A stretch of DNA of 49,389 bases, counting the filler, from an uncultured Acidimicrobiales bacterium (GTDB lineage: Bacteria > Actinomycetota > Acidimicrobiia > Acidimicrobiales > UBA10347), in assembly GCA_943788915.1 (NCBI GenBank). It is 3 parts of 3 records of this genome, joined end to end, with 100 filler letters (N's around TTAATTAATTAA, not from the genome) between each part and the next. Parts side by side here need not be neighbours in the genome. Positions count along the whole stretch, not along the records: positions 1 to 16,014 come from CALSSD010000029.1; positions 16,115 to 39,113 come from CALSSD010000030.1; 1 more part is not named here. One strand, given 5' to 3'. A program made the translations under genes and the position numbers. Each line of letters opens with the position of its first letter. The stretch's first letter is position 1. Below the pieces are notes generated by a model, which saw only the letters and a list, made by a program, of their open reading frames with translations, did not search any database and had not been told where the DNA came from. This document shows, in pieces, positions 9,229 to 19,028 of the stretch.

Positions 9229-11088
9229 ATGATGACGAGCTGGCTTGCAAATCCGTTGAAAACACTTTCGGACGTGGAGCAGTTCGAGGCAGAGATGCCT
9301 CTCGACGAGCGACTGCCTGGCAACAGTGTGTACGACGTCTTGCTTCGCGCTGCGGAGGAATATGGCGATCGGACCGCTCTTACGATGCTGATGACGGGAG
9401 ATGTCGACGAAGACCCTCGCAGCGTGAACTACACAGAATTGTTAGCCCTCGTTCGTCAGACCGCCAACATGTTTTCTGGTCTCGGCGGTGAGCGGCCAGG
9501 TGTGGCCTTCATGTTGCCGACGCTCATCGAGACCCATGCGGTGCTCTGGGCAGCCGAGACCGTTGGGTATGCGGTACCAATCAATTTCCTTTTGCAGCCC
9601 GATCACATCCGGGGTCTTCTAGAAGCTTCGGACGCAAGGATTCTTGTCACCTTCGGCCCGCATCCTCAGCTCGATATCTGGGAGAAATCACTCGAGCTGA
9701 AGCGTCAGATGCCCGACCTCACCGTGGTACGGGTTGTGCCGCCTGGCACGCCATCGGTCGATGGCGTCATCGACTTCTTTGTCGAAATCGGCGATTATCC
9801 ATCGGACCGGCTGGTGTTCGGAACCCCAGGTCGAGGGGACGATGTTGCTGCGTACTTCCACACTGGCGGGACGACCGGAGTCCCGAAGCTTGCCGCCCAC
9901 AGCCACAATGGCCAGTTGACCGCGGCATTCGGCTGCGCCGCGCTGATGAACCTTGGGCCCGACGACGTCGTTACTGGCACCCTGCCCATGTTCCATGTAG
10001 CTGGCACGATCCTGCTCGGTATCAGCACGTTCCTGGCCGGGTCCGAGATCGTGCTGATGTCCCCATCAGGGCTGAGGAACCCTGCGATGGTGACGAATTT
10101 CTGGCGACTTTGCGAACGCTACGGGGTAACGCTCGCAGGTGGCGTGCCTACTTCGATCGGAGCGATCGCGGAGATACCTCTCGACGGGGCTGACATCACT
10201 TCGGTTCGAGGTGGCCTCACCGGTGCGTCGTCGCTCCCTGTTGCGGTGCGCGAGAAGTTCGAGGCGGTCACGGGCAAGAAGCTCAACGAGATCTTTGGGA
10301 TGACCGAGGCGTCGGGGTTGATCTCTTGTAACCCGTTCGAGGGTGAAGGAGGTGCAGGCTCAGTCGGCCTCCGGCTCCCCTATACGCAGGTCAGCGTTCG
10401 ACGCCTCACCCAGGACGGGTCACTGGGCGACCCGTGTGACGTCGGCGAAGTCGGGGTGTTGGCGATCGGTGGCCCAACCGTGTCACCCGGGTACCGCAAC
10501 ACTGATCAGAACGCTGGGACCTTCGTCAACGGAGAACTCAATAGCGGTGACCTCGGCTATACCGACGCAGAAGGCAGGATCTACATCGCTGGTAGGTCCA
10601 AGGATCTGATCATCCGCAGCGGGCACAACATCGACCCCTTGATGATCGAGAACACTCTCCAACGTCACCCCGCGGTCGCGGTCGCCGCAGCGGTGGGGAT
10701 GCCCGATTCCTACGCCGGCGAACTTCCCGTCTGTTATGTGCAACTCCGCCCTGACACCGTCACCAGCGAGGACGAACTGCGTAGCTTCGCAGAGGCCGAA
10801 ATCAGCGAACGGCCTGCATGGCCCAAGGACATCCGCATCGTCGAAGCGATCCCTATGACTGCTGTTGGCAAGATCTTCAAGCCGGTGCTCCGCGAAGAGG
10901 CCACGCAACGCGCGGTACAAAAGGTCCTGGCCGAACGGGAACTGACTGGGGACGTAGAAGCGAGAGCTGGCGGGCCACGGGGGATGAACGTCACCGTCAC
11001 TCTGGTCAACGCAAACGACCAGGACAGGTCAGAACTCCAAGACGCGTTAGAGGGTTACCTCTTTCATGCGACAGTTGCGAACGGATAG
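9229..11088 (+). CDS. Acyl-CoA synthetase / AMP-binding enzyme
   Basis: Motifs YFHTGGTTGVPK, FGMTE, SGDLG, GRSKDLIIRSGHNIDP and TAVGKIFK. An RBS GAGGAG precedes ATG 9229. Confidence 0.92.
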   Translation: MMTSWLANPLKTLSDVEQFEAEMPLDERLPGNSVYDVLLRAAEEYGDRTALTMLMTGDVDEDPRSVNYTELLALVRQTANMFSGLGGERPGVAFMLPTLIETHAVLWAAETVGYAVPINFLLQPDHIRGLLEASDARILVTFGPHPQLDIWEKSLELKRQMPDLTVVRVVPPGTPSVDGVIDFFVEIGDYPSDRLVFGTPGRGDDVAAYFHTGGTTGVPKLAAHSHNGQLTAAFGCAALMNLGPDDVVTGTLPMFHVAGTILLGISTFLAGSEIVLMSPSGLRNPAMVTNFWRLCERYGVTLAGGVPTSIGAIAEIPLDGADITSVRGGLTGASSLPVAVREKFEAVTGKKLNEIFGMTEASGLISCNPFEGEGGAGSVGLRLPYTQVSVRRLTQDGSLGDPCDVGEVGVLAIGGPTVSPGYRNTDQNAGTFVNGELNSGDLGYTDAEGRIYIAGRSKDLIIRSGHNIDPLMIENTLQRHPAVAVAAAVGMPDSYAGELPVCYVQLRPDTVTSEDELRSFAEAEISERPAWPKDIRIVEAIPMTAVGKIFKPVLREEATQRAVQKVLAERELTGDVEARAGGPRGMNVTVTLVNANDQDRSELQDALEGYLFHATVANG

Positions 11089-11216
11089 AGCAGCCGAGCG
11101 ATAAATCCGGCGGCCCGTTCAAGGATCGAGTGGTCAGGAACTGATTCTTCGTCGTGTTCAAGGATCTCCACGCCCCCTCACGGGGAGAACGCACCGCGTT
11201 CGAACGAGTCGACGCT

Positions 11217-11543
11217 CTAGGAGTCGTCTGCAAACCATCGGCGTTCAACATCTAACGCTGCGGCCTCGTCTCCGGCCTCACGATGATGAGACATGAGCCC
11301 ATCGAAATGGCGCCGGTCCCACGGTTCCGCTGTGATCAGTGCCTCGTACGCTGACTCGACAATCTCGTTTGTGTGATCGGTGGTGATAAGCCGACTCGCC
11401 GTCTCGACGATCAGTCGGCCGGCTACAAGGCGTAATCCAGCAACCCATTCGCTCTCGGGTACTCCGGCTGCCATGCCTTGTGCCAGTTTGGTGAATGCGG
11501 TGGCGAAGTCGCCGTCTCGCATCGATGAGCCGGCCAATCTCAC
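11217..11543 (-). CDS. Small BTAD/TPR-like protein, possibly a regulator fragment
   Basis: AYEALITAEPWDRRHFDGLMSHHREAGDEAAAL resembles bacterial transcriptional activator domain helices. No DNA-binding domain is visible and the start is uncertain. Confidence 0.4.
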   Translation of the reverse strand: MRLAGSSMRDGDFATAFTKLAQGMAAGVPESEWVAGLRLVAGRLIVETASRLITTDHTNEIVESAYEALITAEPWDRRHFDGLMSHHREAGDEAAALDVERRWFADDS

Positions 11544-11664
11544 AAGCTGCTTCTGGCACGCCTTGGACCATGCTTTCCCTGGATGCCGTTCCGATGATTG
11601 TTCACCGTCGCTGGCAGCGAGTAGAAGTGGGGCATCGAACTATCTACTTCTAGGGGATAAGACC

Positions 11665-12492
11665 ATGAATCGTTTACAAGGCAAGATCGCCCTGATCACC
11701 GGGGGAGCTTCTGGGCTCGGCGCACAGATAGCCCGGCGGTTCACCGAGGAAGGCGCCACCGTCGTCATTAACGATCTGCGGGCAGAAGATGCGGAAGCGA
11801 TGGCGTCCGAGTTGGGCGGCGAGTCGATCGGGGTCGGCTTCGATGTATCGGACTCCGCCGCAGTCGAGGCCGGATTCAAGGAGGTCGCTGAACGTTTTGG
11901 TCGTCTCGATGTGCTTGTAAATAATGCTGGCATCGGTCTTGACCAGCCCGAAGAAGACCGACTCGAGCGTGAACGACGGACGTTCCAACAAGTGGCCGAA
12001 ATACAAGCGGGCGGCCCGATCGAAACATTTGTCGACGTAACCATGCACCTAAGCGACGAACGTTGGCGTCGGATGCTGGCCATACATCTCGATGGCACCT
12101 TCTTCTGCACCCGCGAGGCGCTAAAGATCATGGCGCCTCAGATGTCGGGCAACATCATCTCGATGGGTTCGATCATGGGCACCGCTGGCGGCGCTGGTTC
12201 GCCGCATTATTGCGCGGCCAAGGCCGGGATTTTGGGACTGACCCGCTCACTCGCTCGCGAGCTTGTCCCTCGCAACATTCGGGTCAACGCCATTGCGCCT
12301 GGTTTCATCGACACACCCATGACCGCGCCGATCGGCGGCGCAAAGGCGCTGATCGAGGCGGCCACCCCAATGCGGCGGTTCGGGGTACCTGACGACATTG
12401 CCTGGGCCGCGGTCTATCTCGCCTCGGAAGAAGCGAACTTCATGACCGGACAAGTCCTGTCACCCAACGGCGGCTACCACATGAGCCAGTAA
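11665..12492 (+). CDS. SDR oxidoreductase (FabG-like)
   Basis: Motifs TGGASGLG, NNAG, YCAAK, NAIAPG and TGQVLSPNGG. An RBS AGGGG precedes ATG 11665. Confidence 0.92.
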   Translation: MNRLQGKIALITGGASGLGAQIARRFTEEGATVVINDLRAEDAEAMASELGGESIGVGFDVSDSAAVEAGFKEVAERFGRLDVLVNNAGIGLDQPEEDRLERERRTFQQVAEIQAGGPIETFVDVTMHLSDERWRRMLAIHLDGTFFCTREALKIMAPQMSGNIISMGSIMGTAGGAGSPHYCAAKAGILGLTRSLARELVPRNIRVNAIAPGFIDTPMTAPIGGAKALIEAATPMRRFGVPDDIAWAAVYLASEEANFMTGQVLSPNGGYHMSQ

Positions 12493-12518
12493 CCCAACAC
12501 CCGCCCGGCGGCGACCAA

Positions 12519-13430
12519 CTAGTCATCCATTGGTTGGCCGTCGAACTCGCCCCAGAGCTGGGCCATCTTCTCGGGATGTTCACCGTCGGGCCGGCGACGG
12601 TTGTACCAAAAGTCAGATGGGTCGCCGCCGCGCACATGCACTGCTGACTTCCGCCAGTAGTCATACCCATCGAGGAGCCGCACGTCGGCACCGACGTAAC
12701 GCAGTGTCAGCCCTGCCCGCCGCCGCATCGAGGTATTGGCAGCCGAACCGTGAAGCAGCATGTCGCTGTGCAGCGACGCGTAACCGGCCGGCATCGCATT
12801 CATGTATTGGGGTCGACCTTCGAGCTCCTGCGAGTCAACCTCTTGGCCGAGTACCCGGCTGCCGTCGAGATCGCGCAGGTGATGATGGAGTGCTCCGTCC
12901 AGATGGCTGCCCGGTATGAAACGCATCGCGGCGTTCTCTTCATCGACATCGTCGATCGCCAACCACACACTGACCGAGCGGCTGGGTGTCATCGGCCAAT
13001 AGACGGCGTCTTGGTGAAACGGGACTTCCTTGCCGTCGTTCGGGAGTTTGGCGAACAGGTGGCTTCCCCAGCAGACAATTTCGTCGCCGAGGAGATCGGC
13101 TGCCAACGCAGTAATACGAGGGTCGGTGACCAGGTCGTGTAGCCGCTCACAGACCACGTGGTAGGTGTTGATCGAATACGAGTTGCGATTGTCGTCGGCG
13201 GCGAGGACCTGCTCTAACAAATCATCGAAGTAACCCCGCAGATCGACTGCATCGCTGGCGGGTAACACCTGTCGCGGCTCCAGAAACCCTTGGCGGTTAT
13301 ACCGATCGATCTCGTCCGCGGTCAGAATTTCGCCGTCGCTGACGGAGCTCGGGATATATCGCAGGTCTCGTCCCGGCCCTGTTGGATCAGCACGACGAGC
13401 ATTTACAAATTGGCGTTCGACATCAGCCAT
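12519..13430 (-). CDS. Phytanoyl-CoA dioxygenase (PhyH) family Fe(II)/2-oxoglutarate oxygenase
   Basis: FHQD...W, VSVWLAIDD, MRFIPGSH, LHGS..N and RR.GLTLRY. Confidence 0.88.
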   Translation of the reverse strand: MADVERQFVNARRADPTGPGRDLRYIPSSVSDGEILTADEIDRYNRQGFLEPRQVLPASDAVDLRGYFDDLLEQVLAADDNRNSYSINTYHVVCERLHDLVTDPRITALAADLLGDEIVCWGSHLFAKLPNDGKEVPFHQDAVYWPMTPSRSVSVWLAIDDVDEENAAMRFIPGSHLDGALHHHLRDLDGSRVLGQEVDSQELEGRPQYMNAMPAGYASLHSDMLLHGSAANTSMRRRAGLTLRYVGADVRLLDGYDYWRKSAVHVRGGDPSDFWYNRRRPDGEHPEKMAQLWGEFDGQPMDD

Positions 13431-13484
13431 GACAGCGACACTATGAACCGCAGCGGCCGCCGAGCAAGTCCTCCATACCCAGGG

Positions 13485-14246
13485 TTAACCCGGGACCGAG
13501 AACGCTGGCATGCGCTCTTGCCTCTCCCCCATAAGGCCGGCAACTAGGAAGTCGACCGAATGGTGTAGTTCCTCCACGGGAACGTCAGGGTGTAGTCCAG
13601 CGTTGGCGTGCAGCCGTTTGTCGGAGCTGGCAAGGGCATCAAACAATGCCAGGCAGTCCTGCCGGGTGAACAACTCATCTTCGAGTTGCATGATGAACAA
13701 CACCGGGATGTTGATGTCGGCAGCGGCTGCGGTGATCGTTCGGCGGTAGTGATCAGGACCAGTGATGCCCATGAGTCCAAGCACGGCGATCTCGATGCGG
13801 TCATCAGCAGCAATAAACGGAGCGCCATAGATCGTGCCCATGGAAAGGCCCCAATATCCGACCGGGCCTGTGCCGACGTCAGCCTGCGACTGCACGAAGT
13901 CCAACGCCGTGATCCAGTCGGCGGTCATGTCGTCGACCGTCCCTTCGCGTTCCCACTCGGGCCAGAACGCGTCACGGCCCCCATCGCCGGCCTGACGCCG
14001 ACCGTGCACCGGGCCGTCGAGCGAGAGGCCGATGAATCCGTGTTCGCCGACCAACCGCTTGACCAGCCACGGGATGGGCTGCTGGTATCGATCGCCGGAA
14101 GCCCCATGGCCGAAACACACCAGCGGCGCCCCGGCTTCACCATCGGGACGACTCCAGAGGACCGCGGTTACTGGTCGCCCAGCACAATCAAGGGTCAGCT
14201 CTCGCACCCGGAGGCCATCGTGGATCTGATCATCGATGAAGGTCAT
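13485..14246 (-). CDS. Alpha/beta hydrolase (dienelactone hydrolase-like)
   Basis: GHG oxyanion motif, nucleophile GLSMG, acid in EDEL and His in GLH. Confidence 0.82.
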   Translation of the reverse strand: MTFIDDQIHDGLRVRELTLDCAGRPVTAVLWSRPDGEAGAPLVCFGHGASGDRYQQPIPWLVKRLVGEHGFIGLSLDGPVHGRRQAGDGGRDAFWPEWEREGTVDDMTADWITALDFVQSQADVGTGPVGYWGLSMGTIYGAPFIAADDRIEIAVLGLMGITGPDHYRRTITAAAADINIPVLFIMQLEDELFTRQDCLALFDALASSDKRLHANAGLHPDVPVEELHHSVDFLVAGLMGERQERMPAFSVPG

Positions 14247-14417
14247 GTCTTTGGTTTACCCGACGCGCGCTGACGGCGTTGTATTGGTGGGTGAACTTCC
14301 TCTGGGTCTGGACGCTGTCGCGTTATGTGATCGTGTCACTTCGCTCCCCTGACGCTGCCTGTTCTATGTTGGACCTAACGTCGCACACCGACCAGCGGCG
14401 GCGAAACGGAGCGTCCC

Positions 14418-16014
14418 ATGAGCACGAACGACTCAACCACCGTCATCCGGGGTGGCACGGTGATCGACGGCTCGGGAACGCCCGGCATCAGCGCGGACGT
14501 ACTGATCTCAGGCGGCAAGATCATCGAGATCGGCCACAACCTTGTTGGTGACCGGGTGCTCGACGCAACTGGCTGTGTGGTTGCACCTGGTTTCATCGAC
14601 ATCCACACCCACTACGACGCGCAGATCTTCTGGGACCCAGCGTTGACACCTTCCTGCTTCCACGGTGTCACCACCGTGGTGGGCGGCAACTGTGGTTTTT
14701 CGATCGCCCCGGTGCGCCCCGGCGACCGGGAACTGATGGCGAACACGATGGAGAAGGTCGAAGACATGGACCCGGCCACCCTGCTCGAAGGTGTGCCGTG
14801 GGACTTTGAGAGTTTTCCCGAGTATCTCGATTCGGTCGAGCAACACGGCAGCCTGCTGAACTTCAGCGCCTATGTCGGCCACACCGCAGTGCGGCTGTAC
14901 GCGATGGGCGACGACGCGGTCGGGCGGGCCGCGACCGCCGACGAGATCGAGTCGATGGCCGTCATCGTGCGAGAAGCAATGGAAGCTGGCGCCGTTGGTT
15001 TCGCAACCAGCTTTGCGATCACCCATATCGGCGCCGACGGCAGCCCCATCCCGAGCCGGTGGGCCGACCGGGCCGAGATCGAAGCACTCTTCACCGCGGT
15101 CGCCGATACCGGGCGAGGCATCATTGGCGTCAACGGCGGCGACAACCTGTCGTTGCGAGAGAACTATCCGCTGCAGAAGCAGATCGGTATTCCGTTCACC
15201 TACACCGCGGTGTTGACCAACCCCAAAGGCGGTCACCTCAAGGCGCTTGAAATCAATCGCCAAGGATGGGAAGACGGCGCCGAGGTGTGGCCACAAGTGA
15301 CCTGTCGACCACTGAGTTTTTCGATGACCATGGTGGAACCATTCACCTTGAACACCAACCCGGTTTTTGCTGAGTTGGCGGCGGGCACGATCGAGGAACG
15401 CCGGGCCGCTTATGCCGACTCCGGGTGGCGAGACCGGGCACGCGAAGCGTGGAAGGCACCCCGCATGCTTGTGCCCCGATGGGACACGATGGAGGTCATG
15501 ATGTCGGCCGCCAACGCCGATCTGGTCGGGGCCCGGATTACCGACCTCGCCGAGTCCACGGGGTCCGATCCGTTCGACACGCTCATGGAACTCACACTCG
15601 CCGAGGATGACTTGATGTTGCGTATCAAGGTGGTGCTGGCCAACGACGACGTCGACGGCATCGCGATACTGCTGCAAGACGAACGGACCACACTTGGTCT
15701 CTCCGATGCCGGTGCTCATGTCGGGCAGCTGTGTGATGCCCCACAAGCGACGGACCTGCTGGGCAATTGGGTACGCGACCGCAATGTGATGCCGATGGAA
15801 ACAGCGATCCGCAAACTCAGCGGCCAACAAGCTGATCTGTTCGGATTTGTCGACCGTGGTTACCTACGACCGGGGTATTGGGCTGACATCACGGTCTTCG
15901 ACCCGGAAACGATCGATCCAGGACCAGTTCGGCGTGTGCGCGACTTCCCGGCAAACGCCGAACGTTTAACTGCCGATGAGCCCGCCGGGATCCGCCACGT
16001 GCTCGTGAATGGCC
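14418..16014 (+). CDS. N-acyl-D-amino-acid deacylase family amidohydrolase (3' end cut by the contig end)
   Basis: IRGGTVIDGSG, APGFIDIHTHYD, HGVTTVVGGNCG, SDAGAH and RG.L.PG.WADI.VFDP. The ORF ends at VLVNG next to the gap. Confidence 0.9.
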
Positions 16015-16114
16015 NNNNNNNNNNNNNNNNNNNNNNNNNNNNNNNNNNNNNNNNNNNNTTAATTAATTAANNNNNNNNNNNNNNNNNNNNNNNNNNNNNN
16101 NNNNNNNNNNNNNN
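16015..16114. other. Artificial contig linker (N44-TTAATTAATTAA-N44)
   Basis: A 100-nt spacer containing a six-frame stop cassette, identical in design to 39114-39213. Confidence 0.98.
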
Positions 16115-16195
16115 AAATCAGTGTCGGGCAAATCAGTGTCGGGCACATCAGTGTCGGGCAGCTCGGCGATCTCGGGCAGCTCGGCGATCTCGGGC
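16115..16195. repeat. Coding tandem repeats (15-nt x3, 18-nt x2)
   Basis: A(A/C)ATCAGTGTCGGGC x3 followed by AGCTCGGCGATCTCGGGC x2 at the contig edge. Confidence 0.85.
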
Positions 16196-16563
16196 GTAGA
16201 GTCCGTGCCTGTCGACGGCATGGTTGGCACAATGATCGTTGGGGTCACGCTGGTGCTGACTGGCTCCACGTCGGCTTCACCCGACACCGTGGATGTATCG
16301 ATGTCCGGGTCACCCAACGACGTTGGTGCACCAGCCATATCGATCTCAGGGTCACCCAGGGTCGAACCCGCAGCATTGATCTCAGGGTCGCCCAGCGACA
16401 CATCGGTCACCGGTGCGGTGGAAGCTGACGACGAGGTAAAAGTGCTGGGAGTCTCCGGGGTCGCCAGATCCTCGTCTGGGTTAACCCGAACTTTCAGCTG
16501 TTGCCAAACAACAACACCAGCGCCGACCACGACGGCAGCGAGCCCAACTCGGCGACGATTCAT
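16115..16563 (-). CDS. N-terminally anchored acidic low-complexity repeat protein (3' truncated)
   Basis: AAGGAG RBS, then MNRRRVGLAAVVVGAGVVVW (signal or TM), followed by LGDP(E/D)I x3, PEIAEL x2 and PDTD(V/L) x3 running into the gap. Confidence 0.65.
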
Positions 16564-16860
16564 CGATGTGCTCCTTGGACAACGAGAACAACGTCTCGGG
16601 AATTCTTAGGGTCGACTCCCGCAGAATCGACCGACACGGGTACGACAACGCTCGACCCGCCCACAACGTTTCGTGCAGGTAGGGTGAGGCTCGTTGTGTT
16701 GCCCGTGTTCGTAGTCTCCGTCACCGTGATCCTTCTGGCCATGTGCCAGCAAACCCTTGCTCCGCGTCTGCCATTCCCGGCAACGGTACGCGCTAACACC
16801 CACCGAGCGGCAGCGGGTCAACGATTCCAGCAGAATCTCCTCTTTCACGCCGCGACCCGG

Positions 16861-17094
16861 GTGAATCCGGCTGGCGGACCTCGTTCGAGTCGCGAAGCCC
16901 GGGGCCGCGGCCGCGACCCGCTTCGTGACCATCGAGCCGTGGTTGGTTACGACGCTCGAACCCCGTGGTACATCCGGGTTCGATCGCTACTCATACTCAT
17001 ATTGATCGTCATAGGCCTGGGAATGGCGATCGCGGGCGTCACGCTGCTGATCATCGCGTCCGGACGGTTTCTTCTCGAGATCCTGGCCGGGTAG
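16861..17094 (+). CDS. Small hypothetical membrane protein
   Basis: Arg-rich N-terminus, then TPWYIRVRSLLILILIVIGLGMAIAGVTLLII (TM). Its stop overlaps the next GTG; the start is uncertain. Confidence 0.5.
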   Translation: MNPAGGPRSSREARGRGRDPLRDHRAVVGYDARTPWYIRVRSLLILILIVIGLGMAIAGVTLLIIASGRFLLEILAG

Positions 17095-17765
17095 TGGCCG
17101 TAACATCAGCGCCTCCCCCGCCGCCGGAACTCGAGGTCGTCAACCGCCACCGCAACGTTGTCGTCGCCGGACACACCGGGAACCTTGCGCTAGTCGAAGC
17201 TCACATGGCTGACCTTGCGCCGATCGTCCGCGAGGCCGCCCTTTCTGCGCTCCAACGACTCGGAGCATGCACTGTCGACCACATCATCTCCGCGATGTCA
17301 GACCCCGCGCCACGGGTGCGATCTCGAGCTGGCGAACTCGCAGTTCAGGTCGCGAATAGCTCGCCAGCAGCCTTGCTTGGCGACCACGATGCGGCGGTCG
17401 TCGAAGTCGCATGTTTCGCATGCGGAGAAATGCAGTGGCCCTCGGGAACTGCGCCGACCGAACAGCTCTCACAGATCGCAACGACACACGACGACGCGCT
17501 GTGTCGCGAGTCCGCCGCTGCAGCCTTGGGTGCCATCGGCGACCCGAAAGGCCTCGAAGCAGTTCTTGTCGCGTGCAACGACCGAGTCACCGTCCGCAGG
17601 CGGGCGACACTTGCACTCGCTGCCTTCGATGACCCGCGCGCTGACCTCGCACTCCAACGGGCTCTCAACGACAAGGACTGGCAAGTCCGCCAAGCTGCCG
17701 AAGACCTGCTCGAAGTCGGCCGAGTCCTCGACGCTCCCCCTGACCCCGACGCCTACGCCGACTAA
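17094..17765 (+). CDS. HEAT-repeat protein
   Basis: Repeated HEAT_2-like helices: D..P.VREAALSAL, DPAPRVRSRA, DALCRESAAAALGAIGD and DKDWQVRQAA. Confidence 0.82.
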   Translation: MAVTSAPPPPPELEVVNRHRNVVVAGHTGNLALVEAHMADLAPIVREAALSALQRLGACTVDHIISAMSDPAPRVRSRAGELAVQVANSSPAALLGDHDAAVVEVACFACGEMQWPSGTAPTEQLSQIATTHDDALCRESAAAALGAIGDPKGLEAVLVACNDRVTVRRRATLALAAFDDPRADLALQRALNDKDWQVRQAAEDLLEVGRVLDAPPDPDAYAD

Positions 17766-17796
17766 CCCGGCTTTCGCACATGCAGAGACGTTGCCG

Positions 17797-18819
17797 CTAT
17801 CGGCGTCCGGTGTTCGAACGGCCCGTGTTCATAAACATGGCCTTGACCGCTTCGTAACTCTCGATGCAACGGCCAGCGCCAAGGACGACACACTCGAGCG
17901 GAGCGTCGACGAAACGCACCGGCACTTCGGCCTCGCGGGTCAAACGTTCGCGGAAACCTCGGAGCAGCGAACCGCCACCTACGAGATGAATGCCGGTAAC
18001 CAGCAGGTCCTGTGACAGCTCCGGCGGGGCTTGCGCCAAACACGCCAGCACCGAATCTATGATCGCAGAGACCGGCTCTTCGACCGCTGACCGGACGTCG
18101 GCAGGGCTCAACACGATGGTCTCGGGCAGGCCGGTCATGAGCTGGCGGCCCCTGACCTGAGCCTGGACTTCGCCATCTGTATAGGCAGCGGAGCCGGTAA
18201 CGATCTTGATTTCCTCGGCCGTGCGTTCACCAATGGCGATGCCGTGTTCGCGACGGACATATTGCTGAATGGCGGCATCGAGGTCGAACGATCCCACTCG
18301 AACCGCTTCGAGTGCAACCACACCACCCATAGACAACAACGCAGACTCGCTGGTGCCGCCGCCGATATCAACGACCATCGAACCGACTGGCTCGTTGATC
18401 GGTAAGTCGGCGCCGATCGCCGCTGCTAGCGGTTGTTCGATCAGTTGAGCTTCGGCTGCGCCAGCACGGCGTGCAGCTTCGATCACTGCTCGGCGTTCGA
18501 CCGGAGTGATGGCGGACGGCACACAAATGACCACCCGGGGCCGGTTAAACCGGTTCACCCCCACACGTTCGAGCAACAGTCGAATCATCCGCTGGGTGAC
18601 ATCGAAATCGGTGATCGCGCCCTTGCGCAACGGACGCACCGCGACGATGTATTGCGGCGTGCGCCCAATCATCTCCCATGCTTGGTGACCCATGGCCAAC
18701 ACTTCGCCATTGTTCTGGTTGAGCGCGATGACGGATGGCTCGTTAAGAACGATGCCTTTTCCTTTGGCGTAGACCAGCGTGTTGGCCGTACCCAGATCGA
18801 TCGCAAGGTCGCGTGCCAG
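17797..18819 (-). CDS. mreB: Rod shape-determining protein MreB/Mbl family, CTG start
   Basis: In-frame extension of the track ORF gives (CTG)ARDLAIDLGTANTLVY..GIVLNEPSV. Other motifs: RPLRKGAITDF, CVPS.IT.VERRA, VDIGGGTS, IGERTAE.IK and LVGGGSLL. Confidence 0.92.
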   Translation of the reverse strand: MARDLAIDLGTANTLVYAKGKGIVLNEPSVIALNQNNGEVLAMGHQAWEMIGRTPQYIVAVRPLRKGAITDFDVTQRMIRLLLERVGVNRFNRPRVVICVPSAITPVERRAVIEAARRAGAAEAQLIEQPLAAAIGADLPINEPVGSMVVDIGGGTSESALLSMGGVVALEAVRVGSFDLDAAIQQYVRREHGIAIGERTAEEIKIVTGSAAYTDGEVQAQVRGRQLMTGLPETIVLSPADVRSAVEEPVSAIIDSVLACLAQAPPELSQDLLVTGIHLVGGGSLLRGFRERLTREAEVPVRFVDAPLECVVLGAGRCIESYEAVKAMFMNTGRSNTGRR

Positions 18820-18821
18820 AG

Positions 18822-19022
18822 TTAACGCCTGGCGTGCTGGTTGGAGCTAACGGGCCAACCAGCTTCGCGTTGCCCCTTGAGCATGGGAGCAACGGCACGT
18901 AGATCAGCGGGGGCGTTGCGGCTACTGAAGCCGCCGCCGCTGAAGCGACTCGCGCCGAAGAGCACACATGAACCAATAACAAAGATCACGAGTGGGATAA
19001 GGAGAAAGAGAAGCGGCGACAT
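18822..19022 (-). CDS. Small single-TM hypothetical protein
   Basis: 66 aa with a hydrophobic N-terminal helix, tightly packed between moaE and mreB. Confidence 0.6.
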   Translation of the reverse strand: MSPLLFLLIPLVIFVIGSCVLFGASRFSGGGFSSRNAPADLRAVAPMLKGQREAGWPVSSNQHARR

Positions 19023-19028
19023 GAGTTC

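Noticed and set aside
12519..13430. PhyH protein as a SyrB2-type halogenase
   Set aside because: The facial-triad Asp is retained (HQD), whereas halogenases have Ala or Gly there.
14508..15830. Long antisense ORFs (this 440-aa one and many similar in the track)
   Set aside because: They lie opposite well-supported genes and show no recognisable motifs.
16015..16114. TTAATTAATTAA palindrome within N runs (also at 39114-39213)
   Set aside because: It is an artificial six-frame-stop contig joiner, so adjacency across these points has no biological meaning.
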